From Paecilomyces variotii (lineage: Eukaryota), in the NCBI GenBank assembly GCA_004022145.1, contig RCNU01000008.1: a DNA stretch of 64,000 nt; one strand, written 5' to 3'. A program made the translations under genes and the position numbers. The notes under the pieces were generated by a model that searched no databases, was not told where the DNA came from, and worked only from the letters and a program-made list of their open reading frames with translations. Positions 34,596 through 48,945 of the stretch are shown in pieces; position 1 is the first letter of the stretch; each line of letters starts with the position of its first letter.

Positions 34596-36883
34596 TTATT
34601 CCTCCTCGTCGTCATACGAGTCTTTCGAGTCGGCCCATCCACAGTTCCAGCGTCTACCTTCGGTTTCGCCGCCTGTGCGGAGGTCTCTTGCATCAGGACC
34701 TTCGCGCCAGCACCTGGCGGAGTAGTCATCGCTGACTGTTATCAACTCGCCGTCGGTCGTCCAGGATACGGCGGAAACCTCCTTTTTGTGGCCTTCAATG
34801 AGGGCAGTGCCGTTCTGATAGATAGGGATGGTATCTTCTAATCTTCCAAATAGGCCAGCTCCAGAATTAGTGCGGCGCAGACCAGCACGAGCCAGACAAG
34901 AGCGTGTTGCTGGCAGAGGTATATCACTTATATCGGTAACTGGTTTCTGGGCCATCTGGTGAAAGCGCTCGTCGGTAGGAAAGAGAACAGCGCAATGGTC
35001 ACTACTGCCAACAGCGAGTAGCTCTCCCTTATCATCTGCGGCCTTGCGAATGGCCGTCTTGACATAGAAGGAAGCCACCTGAAGTCGTGGATGACGGAAT
35101 CCATACAGAGGACCAAGGCCCTCCTTGTCAGGCCCCCCGGAACGTCGAGGGCGCGTGTTGTTCAAGGCTAGTTCTGGAGCATGGCCTAGGATCAAATGTG
35201 CTGTCGAGTAAGCATACACCGTACCATCCTTGCACAATGTATACAACCTGGATCCGTCACCGCCAAATGTCATCGAAGTAAGGCCGAAGCGCCTATACTT
35301 GACATGGCTATCTGGCTCTCGGGTGGTTGACAGCGGGACAGGCCGGCCGCGACGGATATTGTAAGCCGTGCGAAGATCCCATAGTCTCACACAAGCATTG
35401 GCTTCGGACGCCGTGACAAAAAGGTTTTCCCGACCCGGGGGGAGAAAAGCAAGAGAGGTGACCGAAATGTCCTGACGACCAATTTGAGACTCTGCTCGTT
35501 CAGTTCCTGAAGGTCGAGGTGGCATCCATGCATGAGCTCCATGGATGCTATTCAGGACCTGAGGGTACTTCATTTTGGGCGATAGTGCGGCATGCGCATC
35601 TTCAATATCGGAATCAAGTGAGCACCGCGCCTGTAACGATGGTCTCTCGAAACCTTTGCACCTCAGATCCCAAATATTCACGTCACCGTCGCGACTGCAG
35701 GTTGCAATGACATTTCCGTTAGAGGCTGGCTGGAATTGAACTCGTTTAACGGAAGAAACGTGATTCGAAAGACAGTAGACGGGTTTCTGAGTTGCCATAT
35801 CAATGACGAGCGTCGTTTGATCTCCGGAGGCGGTAGCCAATAGTTTGTCATCGGCGGAAAATTCCAAATCCATTATCGCGTTTCCATGAGGACGAAATGT
35901 GAGATAGGCTTTTGAAAAGCCGGTCTTGTCATTTTTTGCGGATTCTAAGAGTCTGATACCTCCCTCCTCATCGCCGACAGCAACGAGCGTATTTGCTATT
36001 TGACGGGTCAGCGCATGACAGTATCATAACCAAACGGGGCCACTGACTATTGCAGGAAGCAATGCAAAACGGAAGGGAAAGACGATCTTCTGTATGGCTT
36101 ACGCAGGAATAGAGGTCGTCCGCCCGAGTGTAGAAATTTGAGGTCTGATCCTGCCATCCTGTTCACCGGTGGTGTTAGTTGCAACGTATGTTGGATAGAG
36201 GTTGTGGAATACCAACCTGTGCCATAAGTAGACCGAATTACGGTCCTGTTGGCTCGTGGTGTACCAATGCTGCGCATATACAATTGGCCACTGGTTTGCA
36301 ATGCAACTGAGCGGCGAATGGGCTTGGCAGGAGCCTTGATTTCTTCAAGGGCATTCGCAAGGCCATATTCCGGCTTCGACTGGGCCTCTCGATCGGGCTC
36401 CGGTATATGGATCTCGTCAACAGGCCGCTCCAGGATCACATCTTCGTGGATGCGCGGCGCAATACGGACTTTTCTCAGTGGTGATGATTGCTGTGGCGAG
36501 CCTAGGGATGAAATCGAGAACTTTCTCTTCGTGCTGGGTATGCGCGTAAGCTCAGTGGAGGCGTGGTTCGCAGGGCGATTGTCGATGCCTTTCGGGATCC
36601 TAGTAAACGCAGGACCTAGGCGGTTGACCACAGGAGAACTGAGCTCCTTCAGAGCTTGCCGGCTAGTCTTGACATTTCCTGTATTGCCCGCCGCATTGAG
36701 TAACGAACGAGGCGTAAAGAACCTCCTAAACGATCGGGGGGTGACCGGAGGAGGTCGCTTGGGCTTGCGTCGAGTACCAGCCTCCGACACTATCGAAGGT
36801 GGGGACGATGGGATTTCCTGTAAAGAAGGGACATGGACAGGATCAGACCGTGGTATCGCGGAGGGACCAGGCGTGCTGACCAT
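34596..36883 (-). CDS. CDT2: WD40 protein Cdt2/DTL (CRL4 substrate receptor), 2 introns
   Basis: N-terminal PPVTPRSFRRFFTPR; LAVGDEEG.IRLL; HGNAIMDLEFS.DD..LATASGDQT; TCSRDG; SFYVK; GHKKEV...TVSDD..ARCWR. Confidence 0.88.
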
Positions 36884-37232
36884 TGTGCTGGCAATGAACG
36901 TCAAGAGAAGGCCTGCATGAAGAGTGAATGGAGTAGAGAGAGAGTCTCAGGGCCACGAGGAAGAGAATTGGTCCATAGTGGGGATCCGGAGGGAATGTTC
37001 ACGTCGCGGAGAACGAGCGAGCGTTGGGCGTGTCGGCGTTTCTTTCGTGACGCGATTTACTGTTCTGGGAAGGCGGTGAGCATGCCGTGGCCAGCTCTGC
37101 TTTCACTCCCAAACAGGAAGGCGGTCGCCCTCCCCGCTGGCGCTTTTTTGATTTTTTCCAGCGTCGACACTTTTTTTCCCGCGATATCAAGAGCTGCGCC
37201 TGTATTGCGGTCAATTTTTTCCAGCTCTCATC

Positions 37233-40200
37233 ATGGCGCCTATCAAGCGCAAGGGCAATTCTGGCCCGGAAACGGCTGCCCGTCAGCCCCAGAAACGGGC
37301 GAGAGTTGGCGATGATGAGCAGAAGAAAGATCAAAAGAAGCAGAATGTCAAAGCTTCAGAGAAGCGGACGGAGGAACAGCCGCCCAAGCCAAAGGCTTCC
37401 GAATTGTCCATTCTGCGCGACGATGAGCCAACATTTCCCCGTGGTGGTGCCAGCGTTCTTACGCCCTTAGAACGGAAGCAGATTCAGATCCAAGCCACAA
37501 GGGATGTGCTCTTCGAGCAGAAAGGAGGCAAGCCCTCGACCTTCGATGAGGATGATGAAGATGTTGCAATGGAGGATTCTGGTGAAGCTGCAACTGCAAC
37601 CAAGAAGAAATCTCGGAAGAGCAAGACAAAAAGCAAGAAGTCGGAAACACAAACCGACGATAAGCAGGCCGTCAAGATCGAGTCACTCAGCTTCAAGGTG
37701 AGATCTGATTATCTTTCTCCAATCGTCCTTGTTTATGGACTAATTCGTCTAGCGTATTGTACCTGGATCCATGATTCTAGGTCAGGTCTCGAGCGTAAAT
37801 GCAAACGATATCGGTCTCGCTCTGCCGAACAACCTGACTGGTTATGCCCCTCTGACTGCCATTTCCCGAACGCTAGACCGAAAGATTGAGAACTTGCTCA
37901 AGGAAGATGCAAGTGAAGAGGAGGAGGAAGAAGACGATGAAGATACGGTGGACTTGAGAGCATACTTCCGTTTGGGGCAATACCTCCGGGCATATGTCAC
38001 TTCTGCTGCAAGCGGGGCTGATACTTCTACCAAGAACAAAAAGAAGATCGAGTTGTCTGTTGATCCAAGACAGGCCAATTCCGGTCTTTCAAAGTCCGAC
38101 CTGGTTGTGAATACGGTGGTCCAAGCTTCAGTCGTGAGCGTGGAAGATCATGGTCTCGTAATGGACCTGGGTATCGAGGGTGCCGACATCAAGGGTTTCA
38201 TGTCGTCCAAGGAGGTTGACCCTGAAGTCGAATACTCGAGCATCAAAGAGGGCGCTGTCTTTTTGTGCGTTGTGACAGGACACAACGCCAGTGGAAATGT
38301 TGTGAAGCTGTCTGGCAATCTTCAAACTGCAGGCTCAATAAAAAAGGCCCACTACCTGAGCTCGGCGCCCACAATAAACTCCTTCCTGCCAGGGACTGCT
38401 GCGGAGATCCTTCTTACGGATGTGTCTGAGAACGGAATGATTGGAAAGATCATGGGAGTGCTAGACGCTACAGTCGACCTGGTACATTCCGGTGCGAACT
38501 CGGGGAAGGAAGACTTGACAAAGAAATTCCACACAGGTGCCAAGATCAAGGGTCGTCTTCTCTCAACCTTCCCAGCTGCGGAGCCGTTCAAACTGGGCTT
38601 CTCCATCCTGGACCATGTCCTCAAGTTCGCTACTACGGGTCGTGGCTCCAGTCCAACGAAGGATGGGCCCGCGATCTCTGCGGTCATCCCCGAAACGAAA
38701 GTTGTCAAGGTGGAACCCGGTCTCGGAGTATACGTTGAACTTGGGTCATCCAAGAATCTTGGTTTCGTACACATCTCCAAGCTCTCAGATGGCAAGGTGG
38801 AGAGTATATCTGCCGAGCAGGGCCCTTTCAGAGTCGGTTCTACGCACGAAGCGAGAGTTGTTGGTTACAATTCATTGGATAATCTCTATCTCCTTTCTTT
38901 CGAAAGAACTGTCATCGACCAGCCGTTCCTCCGTCTTGAAGATGTGACTGTCGGTGCCGTTGTGAAGGGAAAGATCGAGAAGCTGCTTATCGGTCCCACC
39001 GGTATCGACGGCTTAATTGTGTCCCTAGCGGACGGTATCAGCGGTCTCGTACCGTCCATGCACTTTGCCGACGCACAGCTGCAGCATCCCGAAAAGAAGT
39101 TCCGAGAAGGCATGACGGTTTCCGTGAGGATTCTCTCCGTTAACCTGGAGAGACGTCAGATCAGGTTGACTCTGAAAAAGAGTCTCTTGAACAGCGAGTC
39201 AGCGATCTGGAAAGACTACGGTGATATTGTTCCAGGCGCCCAGTCTCCAGGAACCATCGTCAGTATCCAGTCCCATGGTGCCGTCGTGCAGTTCTACGGC
39301 TCCGTCCGTGGTTTCCTTCCTGTCTCGGAGATGAGCGAAGCTTATATCAAGGATCCTTCGCAACACTTCAGACAAGGCCAGGTAGTCAACGTTCACGCTC
39401 TCAGTGTGGATGCAGCTCTTGGGAAATTGGCTGTCTCTTGCAAGGACCCGACGACGTCCTCTGACAGCTACAGGAAAGCTTTTGAAGATCTCCATCCTGG
39501 GCACCTTGTAACGGGTACCGTGTTCGAAAAATCTAACGATGACATGCTTCTGAAGCTGGAGGACTCTGGTCTTATTGCCCGCTTGGAGGCACAGCATCTG
39601 GTTGACGGCTCCATCTCAAAACAGAGTTCTGCTCTTTCCAAAGTTAGGGTTGGCCAGAAACTGAACGACTTGCTTGTCTTGGATATACAGAGAGCACACC
39701 GTCTGATCAAGGTGACAAGCAAGCCTAGCCTGAAGAAAGCTCTGAAGGAGGGATCCCTACCCGGGAAATTCGAAGACATTCAAGAAGGTGCACAAGTCAC
39801 CGGTTTCGTCAGAAATATCACTCCAGATGGCGTTTTTGTCGAATTCCTCGGCGGTCTCACCGGACTCATTCCAAAACGCCTTGTGAACGATGAGCGTGTC
39901 AACACAGTGGATTTCGGAATGATCAAATCAGAGCCAATCTCTGCTACTGTTCATTCGATTGATCCTGACTTGCGGAGGTTCATATTGAGTATGAAACCTA
40001 GCGAAGCTACCCGTGCGGTTCCAAAAGAGCGGAAAGAAAAGGGACCTACTCGTTCTGAGGATGTTACAAACCCTGTTGATGGTGATATCAAGACTGTATC
40101 GGACTTCACTGATGGACGGATCACGAAGTGCAAGATCGTTTCTATCAAGGAAACACAGATCAACGTCCAACTAGCAGATAACATCCAAGGACGGATCGAT

Positions 40201-42799
40201 GTCTCTGAGGTTTTCGATAAGTGGGAGGATATCAAGGACCGTAAACGCCCTCTCCGCTTCTTCCGTGTGAAGCAAGAGTTGCCTGTAAAGGTCCTGGGCA
40301 TTCATGATGCTCGCAGTCACAAGTTCTTGCCTATCAGTCATCGTACTGGCAAGTTCCCAGTCTTTGAGCTCTCTGCGAAAGAGAGCTTCCTGAAGGCCGA
40401 AGATGCGACTCCGCTGAGCCTCGACCAGGTCAAGGTTGGGTCTTCTTGGTTGGGTTTCATCAACAATATTGTTGAAGATTGCCTCTGGGTGAATCTGTCG
40501 CCTAATGTCCGTGGCAGGCTGCGTGCCATCGATCTCACTGACGATCTGTCTCTCTTGGCCGATATTGAGAAACACTTCCCCGTTGGCTCTGCGCTGAAAG
40601 TCAACGTCACTGCCGTCGACCTTGAAAAGGGTCGCCTCGACCTTTCCGCTAAGCAGAATTCGGGTCAGCTAGACTTGGCTAAGTTGTCTGGTAACGTCCT
40701 CCCTGGACGCGTCACGAAGGTCTCTGAGAAGCAAGTCATCATGCAACTCAGTGACACTGTTGTTGGTGTCGTTTCCTTGATCGATATGGCAGACGATTAT
40801 TCCAAGGTCAACACCGCAATGTACAACAAGAACGACGTCCTTCGTGCCTATGTTATTGGAGTAGATGCCAACAAAAAGGTGGCGCTCTCCCTGCGGCCTT
40901 CGAAAGTTCTCAGCTCGTCTCTTCCTGTTCAGGATCCGGAGATAACGTCATTGAAGCAGCTCAAGTTGAATGACATTGTTCGCGGTTTCGTACGAAAAGT
41001 TGCTGACAATGGGCTGTTTGTGACTCTTGGACATGGTATCACAGCCTACGTTCGCGTATCTGACCTGTCAGATTCCTATCTCAAAGAGTGGAAGGATGAG
41101 TTCCAGACAGACCAGCTCGTAAAGGGAAGAGTCATTCTCGTGGACCCGGAAAACAACAGAGTGCATCTGAGTTTGAAGGAGTCTGTTCTTGATCCTAACT
41201 ATAAGACTCCTATCACCATCCGCGATCTGAAGCCAGGTCAGATTGTGACCGGAAAGGTGCGGAAGGTTGAAGAATTTGGTGCTTTCATCGTTGTAGACGG
41301 CTCCGCAAACGTGAGTGGTCTCTGTCACCGCAGCGAGATGGCCGATCGGAAGGTCGAGGATGCCAGAAAACTTTTCGAAGAGGGGGACGTTGTAAAAGCC
41401 AAGGTCCTCAAGGTTGATCAAAAGAAGGAAAGGATCTCGTTCGGACTGAAAGCATCTTACTTCGGAGAACAGGAGGACGATGAAGCTAGTGACGACGAAG
41501 AAGACAGTGAGGACGGCATCAGCATCGATGGCTCGGGAGGAGTAGATATCGAGATGGATGAAGACGAGAGCGACGAGGATCACGACGTCTCTATGGGTGG
41601 TATCGAGCTGGAGGACGCCAGCGAGAGTGATGAGAGTGCAGACGAACAATCACCTGCTATTGAAAAGGACGGCTCTGGACTTGGTGGTTCCGGTGGTTTG
41701 GGCGACAGTGGCTTCGATTGGAGTGGCAACCTCGATGGGGAGGATGAGAAGACAGCCCCATCAGACTCCGGCGACGACCAGGCCACGAAGAAAAAGAAGA
41801 AGAACCGTAGGCCCGAAATCCAGGTCGACCGCACCGGAGAGCTGGATGCTCGTGGCCCGCAGACTGTGGCTGACTATGAGCGTCTGTTGCTCGGAGATCC
41901 TGATTCGTCGCTGTTGTGGCTCCAATATATGGCATACCAGATCGAATTGGGCGAAGTCGAGAAGGCGCGAGAGATCGCAGAGCGTGCCCTACGATCCATC
42001 AGCATTGGCCAGGACACTGAGAAACTAAACGTCTGGGTAGCGCTGCTGAACTTGGAGAACACGTACGGCAACGATGACACTCTCGAAGAGGTCTTCAAGC
42101 GGGCGTGCCAGTACAATGACAGCCAGGATATCTACGAGCGCATGATCAGTATCTATATCCAGTCCGGAAAGAATGATGTAAGTTCACTTTGTCTTTGACA
42201 CTTTGCTCCGTCAAGCAGTAACTGACCAAATATCCACATTATAGAAAGCCGATGAACTCTTCCAGACTGCCTTCAAGAAGAAGGTCTTCCAGTCCGCTGT
42301 TAACTACCATAACTATGCCAACTTCCTCTTCGACACCATGGCTGCGCCAGAGCGTGGTCGCGCCCTGCTTCCTCGTGCCCTCCAGGCTCTTCCCTCCCAC
42401 ACTCACGTCGATATCACATCCAAGTTTGGCCAGCTCGAATTCCGCTCACCCAACGGAGACGTGGAGCGTGGTCGTACCGTGTTCGAAGGTCTCCTGTCCT
42501 CATTCCCGAAGCGTGCTGACATTTGGAACGTCCTTCTGGATTTGGAAATCAAGGCTGGCGATCAAGAGCAGGTGCGAAGATTGTTTGAACGAGTACTCGG
42601 AACACGCAGCACCAAGAAAGGAGCTGCTGCTGCTCCAGCCGAAGGAAGCAAGAAACTCAAACCCAAGCAGGCCCGGTTCTTCTTCAAGAAATGGCTCGCC
42701 TTTGAGGAGAAGCTGGCCGAGGAACGCGGCAATGAAAAGATGGTTGAGGAGGTCAAGGCCAGAGCTGCGGAGTACGTCAAGTCTCTGCAGCAGGAATAA
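37233..42799 (+). CDS. RRP5: rRNA biogenesis protein Rrp5 (multiple S1 domains plus C-terminal HAT/TPR), 2 introns
   Basis: FPRGGASVLTPLE; repeated S1 motifs; DYERLLLGDPDSSLLWLQYMA; ERGRTVFEGLL; FFFKKWL.FE. Introns ~37698-37751 and ~42178-42244. Confidence 0.97.
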
Positions 42800-43312
42800 A
42801 TCCTTGTACAGTTGTGAATTTGCCGTGTCACGGAAGATACAAAAGTTTCTGGGTCTAGATGCACATGGGTGTTGTGGAGCTGGGATTGAATATATTGTCT
42901 TTTTCATAACAGTGTTATATAGACATTTGTCTGATTTAAATGAGATACCATCCATCTACTATCTTGACAGAATTTTCTTTCACTTGTTCTTCGGTGCAAT
43001 GGCGTAGTTTCTGTACATTAGACGTATCTCTAGAAAAGGAAGTATCCCAGGGACCGAGGCGATACTTGCATTATGAGTAGTACTATTCACGCGCGACAGC
43101 TATTTTCGAAATTCCATGGTTATATGTACACCATACCGCAGATCCAGGAAATCTATAAATCAGATGGATCATAGAAGTTTCCCCTAACGCCCTTGGCCCC
43201 GTGAAATGAGAACCGTATTTCCATTATACCAGAATGCTATACGACAGAAAACAGAGAAGTTTTAGATCGCTGAAATTCGTGGAGAGAAGGGAGAACTCTT
43301 TCCCCCCTGGTA

Positions 43313-44421
43313 TCATGAGCCCTGCTGCCTCTTCTCCGCCATGAGTCTTCGGTACTCCTCCACAATACTTTTACGCTCACCGGCCAGCTCTTCTCTTCTT
43401 CGAAGACTTCCGGCCGCATTAGGCACGTTGGCGACATCGACTCGCGCACCTCCTCGCACCTTGAACACCTCTCGTGGCTTTATCAACTGCGGCGGCGCCT
43501 GTACCACCTCCAAGGGGTTGGCAGGTCTTGAGGCACGATCTCGTTCCTTCAGCTTCTCCCATGGGTCATCGTCGTCGTCATCATCAATGTCAGAGTCTAG
43601 TCCATTCTTGCCCTTCTTCTTTTTCTTGGATTTATTTCCCTTCTTCTTCGCCTTATTCTTGCCTGCCTCAGCCTCCCACTCTTTCCACAGATCCAACTGC
43701 TCCTCCATCTCTGCCTCTCGCTCCTCACGTTCTTCTTGCTCTCGTTCTCGGATCTTTGCCTCTTCCTCTCTCCATCCCTTCTGTAGTCGTCGTAGATGCT
43801 TCTCATGCTTCGTCTGCCGTGTCTCCCTCAACTTCGGCAACTCTCCAGAGGCCGGATTTCTCGATTTACTGATCCCAGACAGTGGCAGCGCCATATTAAC
43901 CCGCGCAGAGTAATCCGACAATTTCTCACCCGGCAAAATCTTCGGGATTGCAGGATTGTCTTTCGAAGACGCCGACACTTGGGCCTTTTTCGCAGCCTTC
44001 TCGTTATTATCATCGCCTGCACCATCCCGTTTGCGCTTCTTGGTTTTTGACCCATCGTCCAACCCGGATGGCATCCGGCCCGTCTTCTGTAGCTGCATTA
44101 ACCGCGCAAATGCCTTGGGTGTGTCGTCCACGAGGCCACCACCAGCTCGTGACTTTTTCTTCTTATTTGTAGCAGCCCCATTCGCGACATCGGTATTCTT
44201 CTTATCTTTGTTGTCATTCTTATTCTTATTCTTATTCTTCAGTTCCGCTTCGCGCACAGGAAGAGGCTTTGCGATCGTGGAGGGCGGGAGGTCATAGGCT
44301 CTGTCGAATTTTTTTTAAACGGTTAGAAAAAAGCCCATCCCATCCCTCATGTAAATAACATCGATAGTAAAGAAAGAACTTACGACTCATCATTCTTCCG
44401 TCTCTTATGCTTGTGAGGCAT
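43313..44421 (-). CDS. Conserved Lys-rich, probably nucleolar protein (UPF0653/CCDC137-like), 1 intron
   Basis: MPHKHKRRK...|YDLPP..IAK.LP; DDTPKAFARLM; PKILPGEKLSDYSARV; VVQAPPQL; ER..IVE.YR.LM. Confidence 0.75.
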
Positions 44422-47382
44422 TTTGGGCGAAAAAAAAAACCACCGCAAATAGTGGTTGCTGCGCTGGTGGTGGTTGGCGTTTTCAAGCGGACGGAGATTG
44501 AACTTTGCCCTTTTTTTTTTCTTTGCTTTGCTTGAAACTTCTCCGGGGCGATCTGATAAGATCCCGGGGCTTATCGGCCCCAGACAAAGAGAACAGTCAC
44601 GACTCACCGGTGCCACTGAGAAGAAGTTGAGTCTATTCGAATAGGTTCTGGGTCATTTTGCTAGGTGAATTGTCAGTTGTTTTATTTTTATTTTATTTTT
44701 TTCTAAGAGGTTCTGCCTTTCTATCGTTCATATCAATGGATAGAACCATTGCCCTTTGGATACCTAATTATATGGCCTTTACACAAGTTGAACAGTGATG
44801 AAAAGAAGCTACTTGCAAGACTGATCACCTTGAAGAAAGCTAGCGTTAGTTGAATGTTGCCGAATTTTCAAGAATGAGCCTGTGATGTGGCATGGAAGCT
44901 TGGTTCGAACTATAAGTATTCGCTAGGTATGTACTGTAACTAATCGAAAAAAAAAGAACTCATGTAACTAGTTTCACCTAATTGATCAAATATAGACTAT
45001 TAGATGCCAGAAATCATCATACATCCAGGTTAACTGGCAAACAATATAAGTAATAGTGCATAGCATTGCGAAGTTTCAAAAGACAATCTCTATATTTACG
45101 AGCCGGAAAGAAACTCCAGATTAGTATACATGTCCCGGGTCAGTTAATTACATATAACCAGACGCGCATCCCATTTCCCGACCGTTCCGCGCGGATAGAT
45201 AGATAGATAGAATCACTGATTGTCTTTGCTATCGGGCCGAAATGAACATTTTTTCTCTCTGTCTTTTGGATTCCGGTGTCCGGATATCATTCGGCTTTGG
45301 TAGTGTATGCCATGTTATTGGGGGTTGAATGTCAAAAACCCGGAGAATCCGAGTCATACGTGTATGTGGAAAAGAACTCGATAGATTAAGTAGGGAGGAG
45401 GGGGATAGTGTCCCGGAGGGGTATTCGGATAAGAAGGCATTCTCGATGCAAGATGAAAATTTAAGCTCGGGACTTGCATCCAGCATGGAGAGGTGCTCGA
45501 AAAGTGATATGACATAGAAATGGTATATTAATATTGTATAGGTACGTGGGATGAAAGACGGTCGCGTCTGTACTCTGCTCGATCTGAACCAATGAGCATG
45601 AGAGTATGCTGCGAATCTTTAATATAGGATAGATAGAAGAAATCCTGTTCGTCTTCTCAAGAAGGCATTTTAAAATTATCGCGGCCACTGCTGTAACTAT
45701 GTACTATGATCTGCGCTTGTTACCAGACCGACCCTGGTTAGTCTAGCAATTGTCTACTGGTATGTCTACGTTCTTCGACTGACGTGAGTGAAAATGCTTA
45801 CATTGCTGATCTCTCTTTTTTTACGTCAGTGCTTCGGATGTCGCAAGGTATTCCCCGCGTAGTTGAATATGGGCACGCGGGGAAGGGGATACAAGATGAA
45901 GGCTAACAGTTCATTATGGAGTTGATGGAGCGCTCATCATATCTCAAATTTGATCCGGGTATGACGCTGTGACGGCTGAGACGCAGAGTTGGCATATCCT
46001 TTCCGTGTTGAGGCCATGATGGAAGTTCTTGTCTGTCCAAAATGCCTCGTTCTAGATAGTTTCTTTTTTTAGGTTCGAGATAGTGATCAGCAGAAAACTG
46101 CGTGGACGCTGGGGTAAGGCATGGACCCAGTGAGCAGAGGATTATTATTGCTCCATGAGTCCACCGAGGGGGAGACGATCCAGACGACCTCCGATATATG
46201 GTACATGTGAGATTTGAGAAGCGACAAAGAAGGGGAAGAGTGAACGGCCCTCTTCCCTTTTAGTAACTAGATAGATGTACCCAGTTTGGGGTCCTGTCAG
46301 ACATAACGGCAACTATGACAGGGAAGAACCTTGAGCTCCAGTTCGCCATATATTATAGCCAGCTTTCGAACGAGTAAAGTATGGATTGCCGGGCTTTCTT
46401 CGGTATGAATGCCTATGTGAATCAAGAGATGGATGAATGTCACCACCGAATAAATTGCGGAAGCGGTGGCGCTCGCTAAGTACTGGGTCTGGACTCTGTG
46501 GTGAGGTTTTTGTTGGAACGCGAGCATGAGAAAGTACAGTACATAGTAGTAACTTAAATAATAATAATAATAATCATTATCGGGGTCGTAGTAGTTAGGC
46601 ATAAATTATTATTATTATTGATTATCGTACAGTAGTTAGTCGTTATGTAGGTAGATATGTATAACTATAACCGATGCCGCTTTAGTCCCCAAATTGGTGT
46701 GGTCTTGAGCTGGATCTCTGTGATAACGATAGAAATATAGAACCATGATAATAATATAGTTCCGCGTGACTGAACGAGATTCTCAACAGCCTGTATGCCT
46801 TTTCATGCTGCACTGGGGATAGCGAACTCTGGCGCGTGTGTCAAGCGTTGGCTATCTCAAGTCGTGCTGGTGGACCAATCGACCAGGACGTCGGATGCGC
46901 GTGGCTCTAGCTGGGTCCGTGGGAACTTGTAAGTTATTCTGGCTCCACGCCAGACGCCCAGCTTATTCGCTTCGAACGATTATACCCGAAGGAGGGTACA
47001 GAAGCCCGTGGGCTCCAGTAGCCACGGTCCAAGGGAAAACACGGATCGCTGGCAACAGAAGAAGAGACGAGACGAGATGGCGGAGCTGTCAAGTCAAAAG
47101 GCGCCCCTGTTCCCCTCCCTTGACTCTCTCGAGATAGCAACGGGAAATTTGACTCCGGCGGCGTTCTGTCTGGTGCTCGCCACTTTGCCCTTGAGGATCT
47201 CGACCTACCTGGCCCGATGTCGCAAGCGTGTTGGCGAGTTTAAGTATACGTGAAAAGGCGCAGAAAGACTGGCGCTGGGGAATTAAAAGATATCAGAAAG
47301 ACAGACCAGTGGAAGTACCAATACTTCCTTTTGGCCAAGCTTTTAGCTGCTCAGGAACGGGCGTCAGGGCAGCGAATCGACG

Positions 47383-48945
47383 ATGTCGTCGTCCTGCCGG
47401 AGCTTCCGCTCCCCGGCTTATCATCATCATCATCATCATCATCATCAACCTCATCAGCATTACGATGACCAGGACACTTCCCCGCTCGACTTCTCCTCCT
47501 TCAGGCCAGGTCATGAGCAGGATGAAGAGGCTGTCGAGTTGCTCAAGTCGGACTTGCGATTCACAAACGACTCCATCTCCGAAATCGACCTAGAACGAGA
47601 GCATCACTCGGGACTGCTTCGGCCTCGATGGAGCACCCTCCGCACAGCGCTGACTCGGCTGCGATCGCGCTGGCATAACTCAGCAAATACTCATCGATTC
47701 CTGTCGGCCGACGAGTCGCGTCTGGGCCGTGCGCAGAAGCGATCGGTGAGATCCAAGAAGCTGCGGTGGCTGCTATATTCCATTATTGCCTTCCTCGCCA
47801 TGCTGTAAGTACCGCGGAGGACCATGGCGGGGCTCATGGTTGCTAACTAACTACGTACTGCCAGGGGTCTCGTTCAATTCTTCGTTCTGGCCTGTGCCAT
47901 CGTCGTGTCCTTCTTCCCCGACGAGTTAGAGCAGACAATTGGTGATTGGGGTCAGCCAGGAACCCCGACAGAAGGTTGGAGTCACTGGCCGACGGATGCG
48001 ACCAGGGAGATCGTGCCAGTGGGATGCCATTCGCATAATGACTACTGGAGAAAGGTCCCTCTGTTTTCGGCACTGCAGGCAGGTTGCATAGGCGTCGAAG
48101 CAGACGTGTGGCTGGCGGGAGATGAGCTCTATGTCGGTCATACCACGTCAGCCCTGACGGCCAACCGTACATTGAAGAGTCTCTATGTCAACCCGCTCGT
48201 TGAGCTCTTGGAGAAGCAGAATCCGGTGACAAGCTTTCATCCGGCCAAGGATCAGCCTCTGAACGGTGTTTTTGACACTGATCCATCCCAGACATTGATT
48301 CTCCTGATCGATTTCAAGACCGACGGACCCGCCACATGGCCTCATGTGGTGTCGCAGTTATCGCCTCTGCGTGAGCGTGGCTATCTCACTTACTTCAACG
48401 GCACGGACGTGGTGCAAGGTCCAGTCACTGTCGTGGGAACGGGTGATACCCCATTCAACCTGCTGACGGCTAACTCCACCTACCGTGACATATTCTTCGA
48501 TGCGCCGCTGGCTAAACTCGAAGATGAAGGTCCCCCAGAGATGGATCCTGAGGGTCGTCCACTACCCAGATCACCGGGTCCCAAGCGTCTACCACACGGC
48601 TTTGGCCAGGGACATTCCGGTCTACCGAGCGACGTCAACCCGGACATTTTTGATCCCACCAACAGCTATTACGCTTCCGTTTCTTTCAAGAAGTCGATTG
48701 GGCTCCCCTGGCACTTTCACATTACACCCCGGCAGTTGGAGCGGATCAGAGCTCAGGTCCGTGGCGCCCATCGCCGCGGCTTGAAGGTACGATACTGGGG
48801 ATTGCCTAGCTGGCCCCGGAGCCTCCGAAACCATGTCTGGAGCGTCCTCATGCGAGAGGGCGTCGATATCTTGAACGTAGACGACCTAAAGAGCGCTACG
48901 AGGCGAGATTGGACTCGACGATCTTGGAGATGGTGGTTTGCTTGA
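47383..48945 (+). CDS. Aim6-like PI-PLC/GDPD-superfamily protein with N-terminal TM anchor, 1 intron
   Basis: CHSHNDYWRKVPLFSAL..GC.GVEADVW; LKSLYVNPL; LLIDFK; AHRRGLKVRYW; GVDILNVDDL. Intron ~47805-47864. Confidence 0.85.
47422..47445 (+). repeat. (CAT)8 trinucleotide repeat encoding poly-His in the Aim6-like N-terminus
   Basis: Read directly from the sequence. Confidence 0.9.

Noticed and set aside
36249-37470. Overlapping 110-223 aa ORFs around the CDT2/RRP5 divergent promoter
   Set aside because: Antisense or alternative-frame shadows of GC-rich coding and promoter sequence.
45194-46625. (GATA)4 and (TAA)n/(ATT)n runs in the long intergenic region
   Set aside because: Ordinary short microsatellites; no spacer-repeat architecture or terminal repeats.
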